From Candidatus Spongiisociaceae bacterium (lineage in GTDB: Bacteria; Actinomycetota; Acidimicrobiia; Spongiisociales; Spongiisociaceae): 64,000 nt of DNA. The position numbers and the translations under genes are program-made. How positions within the stretch are numbered: the first letter of the stretch is position 1; each line of letters begins with the position of its first letter. Positions 1 through 10,287 of the stretch are shown piece after piece. The notes beneath the pieces were generated by a model. That model was given only the letters and a program-made list of their open reading frames with translations. It was not told where the DNA came from and searched no databases. The stretch spans positions 4,326,482-4,390,481 of the forward strand of contig CBDCOH010000002.1 of the NCBI GenBank assembly GCA_965219685.1, read 5' to 3'.

Positions 1-1294
1 GGAACCGGATCTCGATCTCCTCCACGCTGCCGCGCTGGATCGAGCCGAGGCCGGACATCCCCATTGCCCCCTCGAACCCGTCGTAGCCCCAGACCGCTCC
101 GGAGCCCCCGTCGGCGTCGGTGGTGGTCTGCACGTAGCGTTCGCCGGTGCGGGGGTCGATACCCGCGATGTAGTGACCCCGCCGCCGTCCCCATCCGGCG
201 ATTGCCTTATCCGGCATGGCCTTCGACAGGGCATTCACGGTCGCCTCCAGCACCTGGGTCCCCACGTTCACCGGCGAGCCGCCCACCGTGGCCGGGTACT
301 GGGCGTTGCAGACCGAGCCCTCGGGGGCGACCACCGTGATGGGGCGCATGCTGCCCTCGTTGTGGAACTCGGAGAAGGCCGGATCGAAGTACAGGAAGCT
401 TCCCGCCACCGCCCGGCTGTAGGTGGACGAGTAGACGCAGTTCACGAAACCGCGTCGCTGGGCGTCGCTCTCTGAGAAGTCGAGGATCAGCTCGTCGCCC
501 TTGATCGTGGCCGCGCACCGGACCCACACCAGCTCGTCGAGCACGGTGCCGTCGTCGTCGGTGGCCGACTCGCCGTAATAGGTGCCGTCGGGAACCTCGG
601 CAAGCTGGGCGCGCACGTTGGCCTCCATCCGGTCCAGCATCTCCTCCACGGCATCCTTGACCGTCGGAACCCCGTACTTGTCGAGCAGGGTGACGATCCG
701 GTTGTCGCACACCTGCAGGGCGGCCATCAGCGCGTAGTTGTCGATCTTGACGCCGTCCGGCCAGCGGACGTTGTTCCAGATGAGCTCCAGCACGTCGGTG
801 CGCTCCCGGCCCCGGTCGTAGATCTTGGTGGGGGGGATCATCAACCCTTCGGCGTGGATGTCGTAGCCGTTGGGGAAGTAGCCGCCGGGGAAGGACCCTC
901 CGGTGTCCATCTGGTGCCCCCGGGTCAGGGCGACGAACACCAACTCGTCCTCGTAGAAGATCGGCCTGAAGAAGCCCCAGTCCGGGAGGTGGTTGCAGTA
1001 GCCCTTGTACGGGTCGTTGCAGATGATCACATCCCCCGGATGGAGGTCGTCGCCGAACTTGTCGAGGATGTACTCCACCGAGAACTGCTGCGACAGGAAC
1101 ATGGAAGTGGGTCCCTCGGGCACCGCGATGGTGCGGGCCTGCGCGTCCCAGATACCGGCCGCCATGTCGTGGAGCTGCGCGATCAGGTAGTTCTGGGCCG
1201 TGCGGTCGATGACGTAGCGCATCTCGCGGCCCATGCTCTGGAACGAGTTCCAGATAGTCGACAGGGTGATCGGGTCGATGGTCCCGGGTTTCAT
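1..1294 (-). CDS. Hydantoinase B/oxoprolinase family protein (3' end runs off the window)
   Basis: Manual translation from ATG 1294 (ATGA overlap with the hydantoinase A stop): MKPGTIDPITLSTIWNSF...NDPYKGYCNHLPD...GHQMDTGGSFPG...AEGLMIPP. Open to the left edge; absent from the ORF track. Confidence 0.9.
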   Translation of the reverse strand, partial: MKPGTIDPITLSTIWNSFQSMGREMRYVIDRTAQNYLIAQLHDMAAGIWDAQARTIAVPEGPTSMFLSQQFSVEYILDKFGDDLHPGDVIICNDPYKGYCNHLPDWGFFRPIFYEDELVFVALTRGHQMDTGGSFPGGYFPNGYDIHAEGLMIPPTKIYDRGRERTDVLELIWNNVRWPDGVKIDNYALMAALQVCDNRIVTLLDKYGVPTVKDAVEEMLDRMEANVRAQLAEVPDGTYYGESATDDDGTVLDELVWVRCAATIKGDELILDFSESDAQRRGFVNCVYSSTYSRAVAGSFLYFDPAFSEFHNEGSMRPITVVAPEGSVCNAQYPATVGGSPVNVGTQVLEATVNALSKAMPDKAIAGWGRRRGHYIAGIDPRTGERYVQTTTDADGGSGAVWGYDGFEGAMGMSGLGSIQRGSVEEIEIRF

Positions 1295-3462
1295 CTCGCG
1301 CCTCCTCGAGGTTCTGCAACCGCTCCGTTGCGGGTCAGGTGGTAGCTGCGCTGGGCGTCGACCGTGGCGACGAACGAGCCGGGGATGACCACCGTGGTCG
1401 TTGGTTCCTCGATGATGGCCGGCCCGGCGATTCGGTTGCCGGCCTGCAGGCGGCCACCGTCGAAAACGGGGGTGGACACCCGCCCGCCCCCGAACCAGCA
1501 GTCACGATGGGATTTGAGCGCTGCCGACGGATCCGGGCCCCCCCGCGGAATGCGGTGCAGCTCGAAGGGGGCCTTCGGCACGGTGGCCCGCAGCCGGAAG
1601 GTCAGCAACTCCACGCCCTGCCATGGCATGTTGAACGTGTACAGGTCGTAGTGCTTGGCGTGGAAGTTGTCGATGGCCTCCTCGACCGCGTCCAGCATCC
1701 GCATCCCGCCCGCGTCCCGGAAGACGCTCGCCCGGAAGGTCCTCTCCGCGGTGTCGGAGAGGTCCTGGCCGGGATCCATCGGCATCTCCACCTCCACCTC
1801 GTGGAACTGCCCTATGTACCGGAGATCGGCGGTGCGGTGGAAGCTCACATCCTCGGCCCGGTATCCCATTTCTTCGAAGCCGGCGACGGCTTCCTGCTCC
1901 ATCTCCCCGTAGAGTTCCTGTACCCGGTCGGCGTCGAGGTCGACGAAACGGGTGATGTAGGAGCGGGCGTAGTTCCGGCCCACATCCATCGCGAACATCC
2001 CGAAGGCCGAGTAGGTGGAGGCCACAGACGGTACGATCACGTTCGGGAGACCGAGTATGTCGGCGATGAACGCGGCATGCACCGGACCGGCCCCGCCCCC
2101 GGCCACCAGGGTCAGGTCCCGCACGTCTATTCCCCGCCGGGTCGAGACCTCGTTGATCTCATCGGCGGTGAACGAACTGACCGCGGTCATGATCGCCTGC
2201 GCAGCCTCCTCGAGGCTCATCCCGAGGGGTCCGGCCACCCGCTCCATGATCGCCACTTCTGCCAGATCTGAGTCGAGTTCGATCTCGCCTCCCAGGAAGA
2301 ACCCCGGATCTATGTACCCGAGGGCCAGATCGGCGTCGGTTACGGTGGGATCCTTCCCGCCCTTCGCGTAGCAGGCGGGCCCCGGATCGCTCCCGGCCGA
2401 ACTCGGGCCCACCCGCAGCAGCCCCAGCGAGTCGACCCACGCGATGGACCCGCCCCCGGCGCCGGCCGAGACGATGTCCACCATCTTGATGGCTACGCGC
2501 TCGTCCTGGACCCATCCCTCGGTCGTGGTGGGAATCTCGCCCCGCATCACCACCCCGATGTCGATGGAAGTTCCTCCCATGTCAAAGCTGAGCAGGTTCC
2601 CGTGGCCGGTCTCGGCACCCAGATGGACAGCTCCGGCAGGTGCTGCGGCCGGTCCGGATCCGATCAGATAGACCGCGCGGGGAATGCAGTTCTCGACCGT
2701 CTCCACCAGACCGTCGGAGAGCATCATCATCAGGCTGCCCGAGAAGCCGTTATCGCCCAGCCGTTCCTCCAGTGCCAGCAGGTAGCGCTTCACGGCCGGT
2801 CCGGTGTACGCGGACACGGCCATCGTGGAGAAGCGCTCCCATTCCCGCCACACGGGGAGGATCTGGGATGAGGTGGTCACGTAGACGCCCTCGCCGAGTT
2901 CCTCCTCGACGATCGCAGCGGCGCGCTGCTCGTGGGCGGGGTTGGCGTAGGAGTGCAGGAAACCGACCGCCACCGACTCGACGCCCTCCCGGTCGAGCCG
3001 GCGGGCCGCCTCGCGTACTTCGTCCTCGTCGAGAGGGGTGAGGACCTCGCCCGTGTACAGCACCCGTTCCTCGGCCTCGAGCCGGCGACGCCTCGGGATC
3101 AGCGGCTTGTAGGGGGGCACGAAGACGTTGTACATGGAGGTCCGCACGTTCTTGTAGCCGCGCCTTATCTCGAGCATGTCCCGGAAGTGTTTGGTCGTGA
3201 TCATCCCGGTCCGGGCGCCGTCCTCGTTTATCAGGGTGTTGGTGGCGAGAGTCGTCCCGTGAATGAGGAGATCGACCTGTCCGAGGAAGTCGGCCAGTCC
3301 AAGACCGTAGGCCGTTGCCGCCTTGGAGAGGGCGTCTACGCAGCCGACCGAAGGATCAGGTGGGGTGGTGGGCGCCTTGAACTGCCGCAGGTCACCTCTC
3401 TGCTCGTCAAGGACGAGGCAATCGGTGAAGGTTCCTCCGACATCGATGGCTACCCGATACAT
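1291..3462 (-). CDS. Hydantoinase A/oxoprolinase family ATP-binding subunit
   Basis: DVGGTFTD, HGTTLATN, SGPAA, DMGGTS, GAGGGSIA and GPAIIEE motifs. Confidence 0.93.
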   Translation of the reverse strand: MYRVAIDVGGTFTDCLVLDEQRGDLRQFKAPTTPPDPSVGCVDALSKAATAYGLGLADFLGQVDLLIHGTTLATNTLINEDGARTGMITTKHFRDMLEIRRGYKNVRTSMYNVFVPPYKPLIPRRRRLEAEERVLYTGEVLTPLDEDEVREAARRLDREGVESVAVGFLHSYANPAHEQRAAAIVEEELGEGVYVTTSSQILPVWREWERFSTMAVSAYTGPAVKRYLLALEERLGDNGFSGSLMMMLSDGLVETVENCIPRAVYLIGSGPAAAPAGAVHLGAETGHGNLLSFDMGGTSIDIGVVMRGEIPTTTEGWVQDERVAIKMVDIVSAGAGGGSIAWVDSLGLLRVGPSSAGSDPGPACYAKGGKDPTVTDADLALGYIDPGFFLGGEIELDSDLAEVAIMERVAGPLGMSLEEAAQAIMTAVSSFTADEINEVSTRRGIDVRDLTLVAGGGAGPVHAAFIADILGLPNVIVPSVASTYSAFGMFAMDVGRNYARSYITRFVDLDADRVQELYGEMEQEAVAGFEEMGYRAEDVSFHRTADLRYIGQFHEVEVEMPMDPGQDLSDTAERTFRASVFRDAGGMRMLDAVEEAIDNFHAKHYDLYTFNMPWQGVELLTFRLRATVPKAPFELHRIPRGGPDPSAALKSHRDCWFGGGRVSTPVFDGGRLQAGNRIAGPAIIEEPTTTVVIPGSFVATVDAQRSYHLTRNGAVAEPRGGAR

Positions 3463-3517
3463 GGTGCCTCGCGCCTGCCGGACTGTTGAGGGAGGTTCGT
3501 CTGGTCCATGACGGGAT

Positions 3518-3532
3518 TGTATACCTTATGCA
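3518..3532. promoter_or_regulatory. Probable GntR operator overlapping a minus-strand -10 (TACAAT) upstream of the hydantoinase operon
   Basis: TGTATA-CCT-TATGCA imperfect palindrome; a second copy lies at 4317-4331. Confidence 0.6.
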
Positions 3533-3612
3533 GAAGACGACCGTCCATCCTCCTTCCCTTGCGAAAACCCGCTTTAGACGGGAACAGGCTCTGTTCCCGT
3601 CTCGCGATGCCC

Positions 3613-4272
3613 CTACGGGGTCTCCTCCGACATGGTCGCCAGCAGGTCGTCCCGGGCTTCCTCAAGATGTGCCGCGACCGCGAGGGCGGCTCCGTCGGCG
3701 TCCCCGTTCTTGATGCAGTTGCGCACCTGCGAGTGAGCGGCGTGTGCCAGATCGGTATCCTGCAGGATGTGGTAGCGGCCGACGTTGTCCCGGAGTTGCA
3801 TGATGAGGCGATGCATCCGGGGTCGCCCCGCGTGAGAGTAGAGCACGTCGTAGAACCTGCGCCGGGCGCTCCGTCCCTCGGACGCGTTCCGGTGCGAAGT
3901 GTCCATGTGCTTCGACAACTCCACCACGTCCGCCATTTCCCGGCTTCCCGCGAGGTTCTGGACTGCGTACCGGATGCAGCAACCCTCGAGCATGATCCTC
4001 AACTCGTAGATCTCCGCTATGTCGCGGGTGGACAGAGCCGTCACCCAGGCCCCCCGCCGTCCGTCGATCCTCACCAGTGCCTCCTCGCCGAGGCGGCGCA
4101 GCGCATCACGCAAGGGGATACGGCTGACTCCCAGTTGCCGGGCCAGTTCCGCCTGGGCGAGTCGTTCGCCGGGCATGAGCCGGCCGCTGAGAATGGCGTC
4201 TCGGAGGGCGGATGTCACCGCATCCTCGGCGCTGAGCGGTTCGACGACGGGTAGCAACTTGGTTCCGCTCAT
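3613..4272 (-). CDS. GntR family (FCD) transcriptional regulator
   Basis: wHTH LRDAILSGRLMPGERLAQAELARQLGVSRIPLRDAL followed by an FCD-like domain. Confidence 0.92.
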   Translation of the reverse strand: MSGTKLLPVVEPLSAEDAVTSALRDAILSGRLMPGERLAQAELARQLGVSRIPLRDALRRLGEEALVRIDGRRGAWVTALSTRDIAEIYELRIMLEGCCIRYAVQNLAGSREMADVVELSKHMDTSHRNASEGRSARRRFYDVLYSHAGRPRMHRLIMQLRDNVGRYHILQDTDLAHAAHSQVRNCIKNGDADGAALAVAAHLEEARDDLLATMSEETP

Positions 4273-4316
4273 GGTGGCGGGAGCGTCGGTGGTCCGGGAC
4301 TCGACGGATTCATCAC

Positions 4317-4331
4317 GGCATATTGTATGCA
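4317..4331. promoter_or_regulatory. Probable GntR operator in the divergent gntR/amidohydrolase promoter region
   Basis: GGCATA-TTG-TATGCA palindrome containing a minus-strand TACAAT. Confidence 0.6.
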
Positions 4332-4533
4332 GGGGTCGCCCGGGCGGCCCTGACTGATCGGGGTCTTCCGTAGAATGTAGCTCGAATACTCGCTAGGGAG
4401 GGTGGAGTGAAACTCCTGCACGGGCCGCCGACTCGTGACATTATGCCTGGTCAGAGGAAGACAGGCCGTTGCTCACCACGGTCTTAGACCACCCTCCGGG
4501 GCCATCCCGCCACGACTGTCGAGGACACAGGGA

Positions 4534-5940
4534 GTGATTGTCGCAGACCTACCCCGCCGGGGGAGCTACGTGATCCGCAACACCACCGCGCTGACCATGG
4601 ATCCGGCCCTGGGAGAACTCAGGGGTATTGATCTCCGGATCGAAGACGGGGTCCTGGTAGCGGTGGGCCGGCGGTTGGCCGCAGATGGGTCCGAGGCCAT
4701 CGACGGAAGCAACTGCATCACCTTGCCCGGCTTCGTCGATTCGCACTGGCACGTCTGGGGCACACTTCTCAGAGGGGTGGTCGGCGACGGGAAGCAGCAC
4801 GGATGGTTCGCCACCAAGGGCAGGCTCGGGGGTTTCTTCACGTCCGAGGATGTGGCGGCCGGGGTGATGCTCGGCATGGCCGAGGGCATTGCCGCCGGGG
4901 TTACCACGGTCCACGACTGGTCACACAACATCATGCGGTACAGCGACGCCGAGGCAAACCTCGATGTGCATCGGCGGCTGGGAACCAGGGTGCACTTTTC
5001 GTACTCCGCGCCCTCGGCGCATCCCTCGATGCCGATGGAGAAGATGCGCGCGATCCTGGAGAAAGGCGGGGTCCTGCCCGACGAGGTCATGGACTTCGGG
5101 AACATCGGGAGGATCGCCCAGGAGTGGGTGCCGCATTCGGAGGGGCTCCTCACCCTCGGTGTGGGGGTTCGCGGGCCTGCCCGGTCGACGCCCCAGGTCT
5201 ACCGCAAGGAATGGGCGCTGGCGAGGGAGCAGGGATTGACGATCTCGATGCACTGCGCCGGGACACGGGCGGAGGTGCGGCGCATCCACCAGGTCCAGAT
5301 CCTGCATGACGACGGTCTCCTGGGACCCGACATGCTCCTGGCGCACTGCCTCTACATTTCCCCGGCCGAACGGGAGCATCTGGCCGTCAACCGGATCCCG
5401 GTGAGCATGAGCCCCATGTCCTCGCTGAGGTTGGGCATGGGTGCGCCCCCGGTCGGCGGGCACCTCGCCGCAGGGATCTCCGTCAGCCTTTCGCTGGACA
5501 CCACGGCGATCTCGGCCTGCGCCGATGTCTTCGCAGCCATGCGAGTGGCGGTAGGGCTGGAGGCGATCGCCAACCAGGACGCCGAGGCGCTGAGCCCCCG
5601 GCGGGCCTTGGAGTTGGCGACGATCGAGGGGGCTAGAGCCCTGGGTCTCGACCATCTGGTGGGATCGTTGTCGGTGGGCAAGCGCGCCGACCTGATCATG
5701 GTGAGGACCGACGCCCTGAACATGGCGCCCGTCCATTACCCGGCGGTGGCAGTAGTCCATTCCGCTCAGCCGGCGAACGTCGACCTGGTGATGGTCGACG
5801 GACGGATCCTCAAGCGCGACGGACGACTGACCGCGGTCGACGCCGCAGCAGCCGTCGACAACGCCTCCGGTCGCCTGAGGGATCTGTGCGCTCGGGCCGG
5901 ATACCGGCCTCCCGACGGCCGGCAGGGGAGCGCGGGATGA
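4534..5940 (+). CDS. Amidohydrolase family protein (SsnA/MTA-SAH deaminase-like)
   Basis: PGFVDSHWH metal motif, MHCAG, LSLD, GSLSVGKRADL; start estimated at GTG 4534. Confidence 0.85.
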   Translation: MIVADLPRRGSYVIRNTTALTMDPALGELRGIDLRIEDGVLVAVGRRLAADGSEAIDGSNCITLPGFVDSHWHVWGTLLRGVVGDGKQHGWFATKGRLGGFFTSEDVAAGVMLGMAEGIAAGVTTVHDWSHNIMRYSDAEANLDVHRRLGTRVHFSYSAPSAHPSMPMEKMRAILEKGGVLPDEVMDFGNIGRIAQEWVPHSEGLLTLGVGVRGPARSTPQVYRKEWALAREQGLTISMHCAGTRAEVRRIHQVQILHDDGLLGPDMLLAHCLYISPAEREHLAVNRIPVSMSPMSSLRLGMGAPPVGGHLAAGISVSLSLDTTAISACADVFAAMRVAVGLEAIANQDAEALSPRRALELATIEGARALGLDHLVGSLSVGKRADLIMVRTDALNMAPVHYPAVAVVHSAQPANVDLVMVDGRILKRDGRLTAVDAAAAVDNASGRLRDLCARAGYRPPDGRQGSAG

Positions 5941-6791
5941 AGACGACCATCCGGGTCGGTGATGTCGAGGTCACGGCCATACAGGACAAGGCCCACGCCT
6001 TCGACCGGGCGTGGCACTACCCGGGCGTTCCCGAAGAGGCTTGGGCCCCGTACGTGGACCTCTTGGAGAGCGAGCCGGGGAGCGCAATGGTCAACTTCCA
6101 TTGCTTCGTGGTTCGTGGCGACGACCGTGTGGTGCTGGTCGACACCGGCTGGGGACCCGAGTTGGGTCCTCCCGGGGCACCTAGGTCGCGGGGAGCCCTG
6201 CCGGAACGGCTGGCGGAGATGGGGTTGCAGCCGGAGGATGTCGATCTGGTGGCCTTCACCCACCTCCACGCCGATCATGTGGGCTGGAACCTGGTGTACG
6301 ACGGGGAGGCGATCGCTCCCCGCTTCGCTAACGCCCGCTACCTGGTCTCCGAGAACGACTGGACCTTCTTCAGCGCCCGTGAGGAGAACCACCCGAACAT
6401 CGCCCGCCAGGCTCTGCCCCTGGAAAGCACCGGGGTCCTCGACACCTTCTCGGACGGTCACCGGGTCACCCCCTCGGTCACGGCGGTGGCCACCCCGGGA
6501 CACACCCCCGGGCACACCAGCTTCGTGATCCACTCCGGCAGCGAGCGGTTGTTCATCCTCGGCGACCTGATCCACCATCCCGTTGTGGCAACCGAGACGG
6601 GCTGGGTTCACCGGTTCGACGCGGATCCCCGGGAAGCGGTCGTGACGAGGAAACGGGAACTCCGCCGGCTCGAAAAGGACCGTACCCTCGTGGCGGCCGG
6701 CCACCTGAACCACCCCAGCTTCGGCAGGTTCGAGCGCCGGGACGGACAGAGGAAGTGGCTACCTTGGCCGAGCGCGCGGGACGGCGCCTGA
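5937..6791 (+). CDS. MBL-fold metallo-hydrolase
   Basis: THLHADHVG, TPGHTPGH, GDLIH; ATGA overlap with the upstream gene. Confidence 0.9.
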   Translation: MKTTIRVGDVEVTAIQDKAHAFDRAWHYPGVPEEAWAPYVDLLESEPGSAMVNFHCFVVRGDDRVVLVDTGWGPELGPPGAPRSRGALPERLAEMGLQPEDVDLVAFTHLHADHVGWNLVYDGEAIAPRFANARYLVSENDWTFFSAREENHPNIARQALPLESTGVLDTFSDGHRVTPSVTAVATPGHTPGHTSFVIHSGSERLFILGDLIHHPVVATETGWVHRFDADPREAVVTRKRELRRLEKDRTLVAAGHLNHPSFGRFERRDGQRKWLPWPSARDGA

Positions 6792-6794
6792 ACC

Positions 6795-7259
6795 GTGGAT
6801 CTCTTCGGTGTCCTGCTGTTCCTGCATCTGTTCGGTGCGATGGCCGGGATCGGTCCCACCTTCGTGTTCGGAAGGATCAGCAGGCAGGGCGCACGAACCG
6901 AACACAGCCTCTTCGCCACCCGGGTAGTCCGTCTCCTTACCAGCACCACCGCGATTCCACTCTCGGCACTGGTTCTGCTGTCCGGGATAGGGCTCATGGT
7001 GGTACAGGGCTACGGCTTGTTCGACCGGATGTGGCTGCTCGCCTCCATAGTCCTCTTCGCGGGCAGCTTCACCTATTCGGTGACGGTTCAGAACCCCACC
7101 CTGGCACGGGTAATCGAAGCCACCCGGGACGACGGGGAGCCCTCTCCGGAACGCATGGCGGAGATAACGCGGCTGCGTGCCCGGATTCGCCGGGGCGGAA
7201 TCTACCTGCGCTCGACCGCGACCGTGATCCTGGCTCTGATGATCTTCAAACCCTTCTGA
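6795..7259 (+). CDS. DUF2269-like four-TM membrane protein
   Basis: LFLHLFGA N-terminus, four hydrophobic segments, LMIFKPF C-terminus. Confidence 0.7.
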   Translation: MDLFGVLLFLHLFGAMAGIGPTFVFGRISRQGARTEHSLFATRVVRLLTSTTAIPLSALVLLSGIGLMVVQGYGLFDRMWLLASIVLFAGSFTYSVTVQNPTLARVIEATRDDGEPSPERMAEITRLRARIRRGGIYLRSTATVILALMIFKPF

Positions 7260-7305
7260 AGGAGGACCATGTGCACATTCACCCCTGAATCGGAGGTCTC
7301 AACCG

Positions 7306-8160
7306 ATGGTTGAAGCGATCACCCCCCTCGTCTCGGGCGACTGGCTCGAAGCACGCCTCGACGATCCGACCGTACGGGTCATCGAGATCCAATACGAGGC
7401 GGACAGCAGCGAGTACGACGACGGCCATATCCCCGGCGCTGTCAACTGGTATTGGAAGGACGTGCTCTGGCACCCCATGGAACGGCAGTTCCCCACCCCT
7501 CAACTGATGGCCGAGCGTCTAGGTGCCTGGGGTATCTCACCGGATACGACCCTCGTCTTCTACAGCGGGCGCAACCAGTATGCGATCTTCGCCTACTGGG
7601 TGACCTCGGTCATGAACGGCCATCCCGATGCCCGCGTTCTCGACGGGTCACAGAAGCGCTGGCAGATCGACGGGAGGCGGCTGACGACGGAGATCCCGGC
7701 CTTCGATCCGGTGCACTACGAGCCGCAGCGGGCCGAACGCGACGACTCGACGCGGGTGTACTGCCGCCAGTTGCTGGCAGACCTGGGGAAACCGGGGCTG
7801 GTGGTGCTGGACGGACGGTACGAGTCGGAGTATTCGGGAGAGCGGGTCAAGCCCGGCACCGGGTTCGATTACGGGGCCGAGCGCCACGGCCGCATCCCCG
7901 GCGCCAGGCACCTGATGTTCCGCCGCCTGTTCAACGACGACAACACACTCAGGACGCCAGGAGAACTGGAGGAGGTCTTCCGGTCGGTGGGCGCGGCGCC
8001 CGACCAAGCCGACGAAGTGGTCGCCTACTGCCGCCTGAGTCACAGGGCGTCCTTGCTCTGGTTCACCGCCACCCGGATACTCGGTTGGGATCATGTCCGG
8101 GTGTATGACGGATCGTGGACCGAGTGGGGTTCGTCGGTCGGGCTTCCGGTCGAGCGGTAG
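7306..8160 (+). CDS. Tandem-rhodanese sulfurtransferase
   Basis: GHIPGA, active-site YCRLSHRA, YDGSWTEW. Confidence 0.92.
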   Translation: MVEAITPLVSGDWLEARLDDPTVRVIEIQYEADSSEYDDGHIPGAVNWYWKDVLWHPMERQFPTPQLMAERLGAWGISPDTTLVFYSGRNQYAIFAYWVTSVMNGHPDARVLDGSQKRWQIDGRRLTTEIPAFDPVHYEPQRAERDDSTRVYCRQLLADLGKPGLVVLDGRYESEYSGERVKPGTGFDYGAERHGRIPGARHLMFRRLFNDDNTLRTPGELEEVFRSVGAAPDQADEVVAYCRLSHRASLLWFTATRILGWDHVRVYDGSWTEWGSSVGLPVER

Positions 8161-8226
8161 CCGGGTCCCTTGGGAGGAACCGCCTGACAACCGGTCGATC
8201 AGCACCGCCGACCGGCGGCGGTTCGC

Positions 8227-9375
8227 CTACCCGGCAAGCAACTCTGCGGTCAGGTCCGTGTCCGCAGCCGCGTCGATCGCGGTCCAGGCCAGGGCCACCG
8301 CACCGTCGACGACCGCCTGGTCTGCGGCGGGGAGGGCGGCCGCGTCGGTGAAGCCGGGCTGGTGGTTCACCGCCGGGAGGGAGTCGATCCCGATGAAGGG
8401 ATGGATGGTCGGAACCTCGAGCGAGACGTTCCCCATGTCGGTCGAGACGGGTGGGACGGGCCCGTCGTAGAAGGACCTTCCCAGCTGTTCCGCGTTGTAC
8501 CTGTACCGTTTCGCCAGCGCTGGGTGGTGCTCCAGGTGACTGTACGGGGGGTTCGGCCTGTTCAGGGTCAGTTCCGCCCCTGTGGCCAGCGCGCCGGCCT
8601 CGAAGCATGCCTCCACCCGCCTGCGCAGGGCGTCGAGTTGGTCGACATGCGGGGTCCGGACCATGTAGGAGGCCGTCCCCAGAGCCGGAATGATGTTGGC
8701 GGCGGTGCCCGCCTCGGTCACGATCCCGTGCACGCGGTCGGTGGCGTTCAAATGCTGGCGGAGCAGCCCGATCGCCACCTGAGCGACCACCAGCGCGTCG
8801 GCTGCGTTGACTCCCTGCTCGGGGAAGGCCGACGCATGCGCTTCCTTGCCCGTGTAGGAGACCTCCAGCCACTCGATCGCCACCACCGGAGGCGCCGCAA
8901 CGTCGAAGGGGGCGGGATGAACCATCATGGCCGCGTGGGCGGCGTCGAAGGCACCCGCCTCCAGCAGCAGGACCTTGCCGCCACCGGCCTCCTCGGCCGG
9001 GGTGCCCAGGATCGTGACTTCGAGGCCGATGTCGCCCGCCACCTCGACCAGTCCCAAACCGGCGCCGACCGCAGCAGCCGAGATGACGTTGTGTCCGCAC
9101 GCGTGCCCGATCCCTGGGAGAGCGTCGTATTCGGCGCAGATGACGACCCGGAGCGGTCCGTTCCCCGCCACTGCTCGGACCGCGGTCGGGATCCCGCCGT
9201 AACCGGTCTCGACGGAGAACCCCGCACGGTCCAGGGCGTCCGCCACGGAAGCCGCCGACCGCACCTCCTCGAAAGCGGTCTCGGCGTAGCCATGGATTCC
9301 GTGGCTCAAGGCAAGCAACTCACCCCTGGCCTGTTCGATTACCCCCTGAACCACCGCCTTGGCGTCCGTTCCCAC
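8227..9375 (-). CDS. M20 family amidohydrolase (ACY1L2-like)
   Basis: EYDALPGIGHACGHN, GTPAEE, STDMGNVS. Confidence 0.9.
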   Translation of the reverse strand: MGTDAKAVVQGVIEQARGELLALSHGIHGYAETAFEEVRSAASVADALDRAGFSVETGYGGIPTAVRAVAGNGPLRVVICAEYDALPGIGHACGHNVISAAAVGAGLGLVEVAGDIGLEVTILGTPAEEAGGGKVLLLEAGAFDAAHAAMMVHPAPFDVAAPPVVAIEWLEVSYTGKEAHASAFPEQGVNAADALVVAQVAIGLLRQHLNATDRVHGIVTEAGTAANIIPALGTASYMVRTPHVDQLDALRRRVEACFEAGALATGAELTLNRPNPPYSHLEHHPALAKRYRYNAEQLGRSFYDGPVPPVSTDMGNVSLEVPTIHPFIGIDSLPAVNHQPGFTDAAALPAADQAVVDGAVALAWTAIDAAADTDLTAELLAG

Positions 9376-9704
9376 CTCGATCTCCTCGTTCTTGCCGGAC
9401 CTGGTCTGTCAAGAGACTACCGGGAGGGGTTCCGCGCCCCGTCCGGGAACTCGCTACAAGGGGGTTGTACCTGTCACACCCGGACGGCATAGTGATAGGC
9501 AGTCGCAAGCACCACCGGTCCGTTCCGGCGCCGACATCGGACCGTGCCAGGGATCATGCACTCGAAGCCCGCCGACCGAGGGCAAGCGGGGCGCGCTTCG
9601 GACCCAGGAAAGGTGGCGGCGGGGGAGGGTCCGCCGGATCGGAGTCCAGTGGCGGTTTTCGCGACCTGGGCGTGCCGGACCCTGTGCCGAGCCCGAATGC
9701 AGCG

Positions 9705-9847
9705 CTAGACGAGTAGTCCCGAGCGATCTACCGGAAGCGACCGTACTCCACGATGCACCACCCAAACCGCGATATGGTAAGTAATCCGATCTAACGGAAA
9801 CTGCCAATTACCTACTACAGGCTACAGACTAGGAACCAATCATCTAG
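9705..9847. mobile_element. CTAG-bounded miniature inverted-repeat element, copy A (143 bp)
   Basis: Ends CTAGACGAGTAGT...AACCAATCATCTAG; homologous, in the opposite orientation, to 14747-15007. Confidence 0.65.
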
Positions 9848-10287
9848 CGGGTTTCTTCCAGTTGCGCGATCTTGGCGATTCGGCGGACGTGCCGGAGCTC
9901 TCCCGAGAAGGTTGCTTGCAGGAAGGTCCTGACCAGTTCGATCGCCACGTCCTCGCCGATCACGCGGCCTCCCAGGCAGAGTACGTTGGCGTCGTCGTGC
10001 TCGACAGCCTGATGGGCGGTGTAGTGGTCATGGGCGAGGGCGGCGCGGATGCCGGTCAGCTTGTTGGCGGTGATCGCTGCTCCGGCCCCCGATCCGCAGA
10101 CCACGATGCCACGGTCGGCCCCGCCGGTGCGAACCGTCTCACCCACGGCCGCGGCGAAGTCCGGATAGTCGACCGACTTCGTGGAGTAAGTACCCAGGTC
10201 CAAGAGCTCGTGGTCATCCTCCAAGCATCGGAGCAGGTACTCCTTCAGCGGGTATCCGGCGTGATCGGAGCCGATTGCAACTCTCGT
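9844..10287 (-). CDS. rpiB: Ribose-5-phosphate isomerase B (apparent ACG start)
   Basis: xRVAIGSDHAG...VDYPDFA...CGSGAG..ANK..GIRAAL..HDDANVLCLGGR; RBS GAGGAGGA just before an in-frame ACG. Confidence 0.88.
   Translation of the reverse strand, partial: TRVAIGSDHAGYPLKEYLLRCLEDDHELLDLGTYSTKSVDYPDFAAAVGETVRTGGADRGIVVCGSGAGAAITANKLTGIRAALAHDHYTAHQAVEHDDANVLCLGGRVIGEDVAIELVRTFLQATFSGELRHVRRIAKIAQLEETR

Noticed and set aside
207-1319. 370-aa minus-strand ORF in the ORF track
   Set aside because: Wrong frame; the real gene is hydantoinase B in another frame, open to the window edge.
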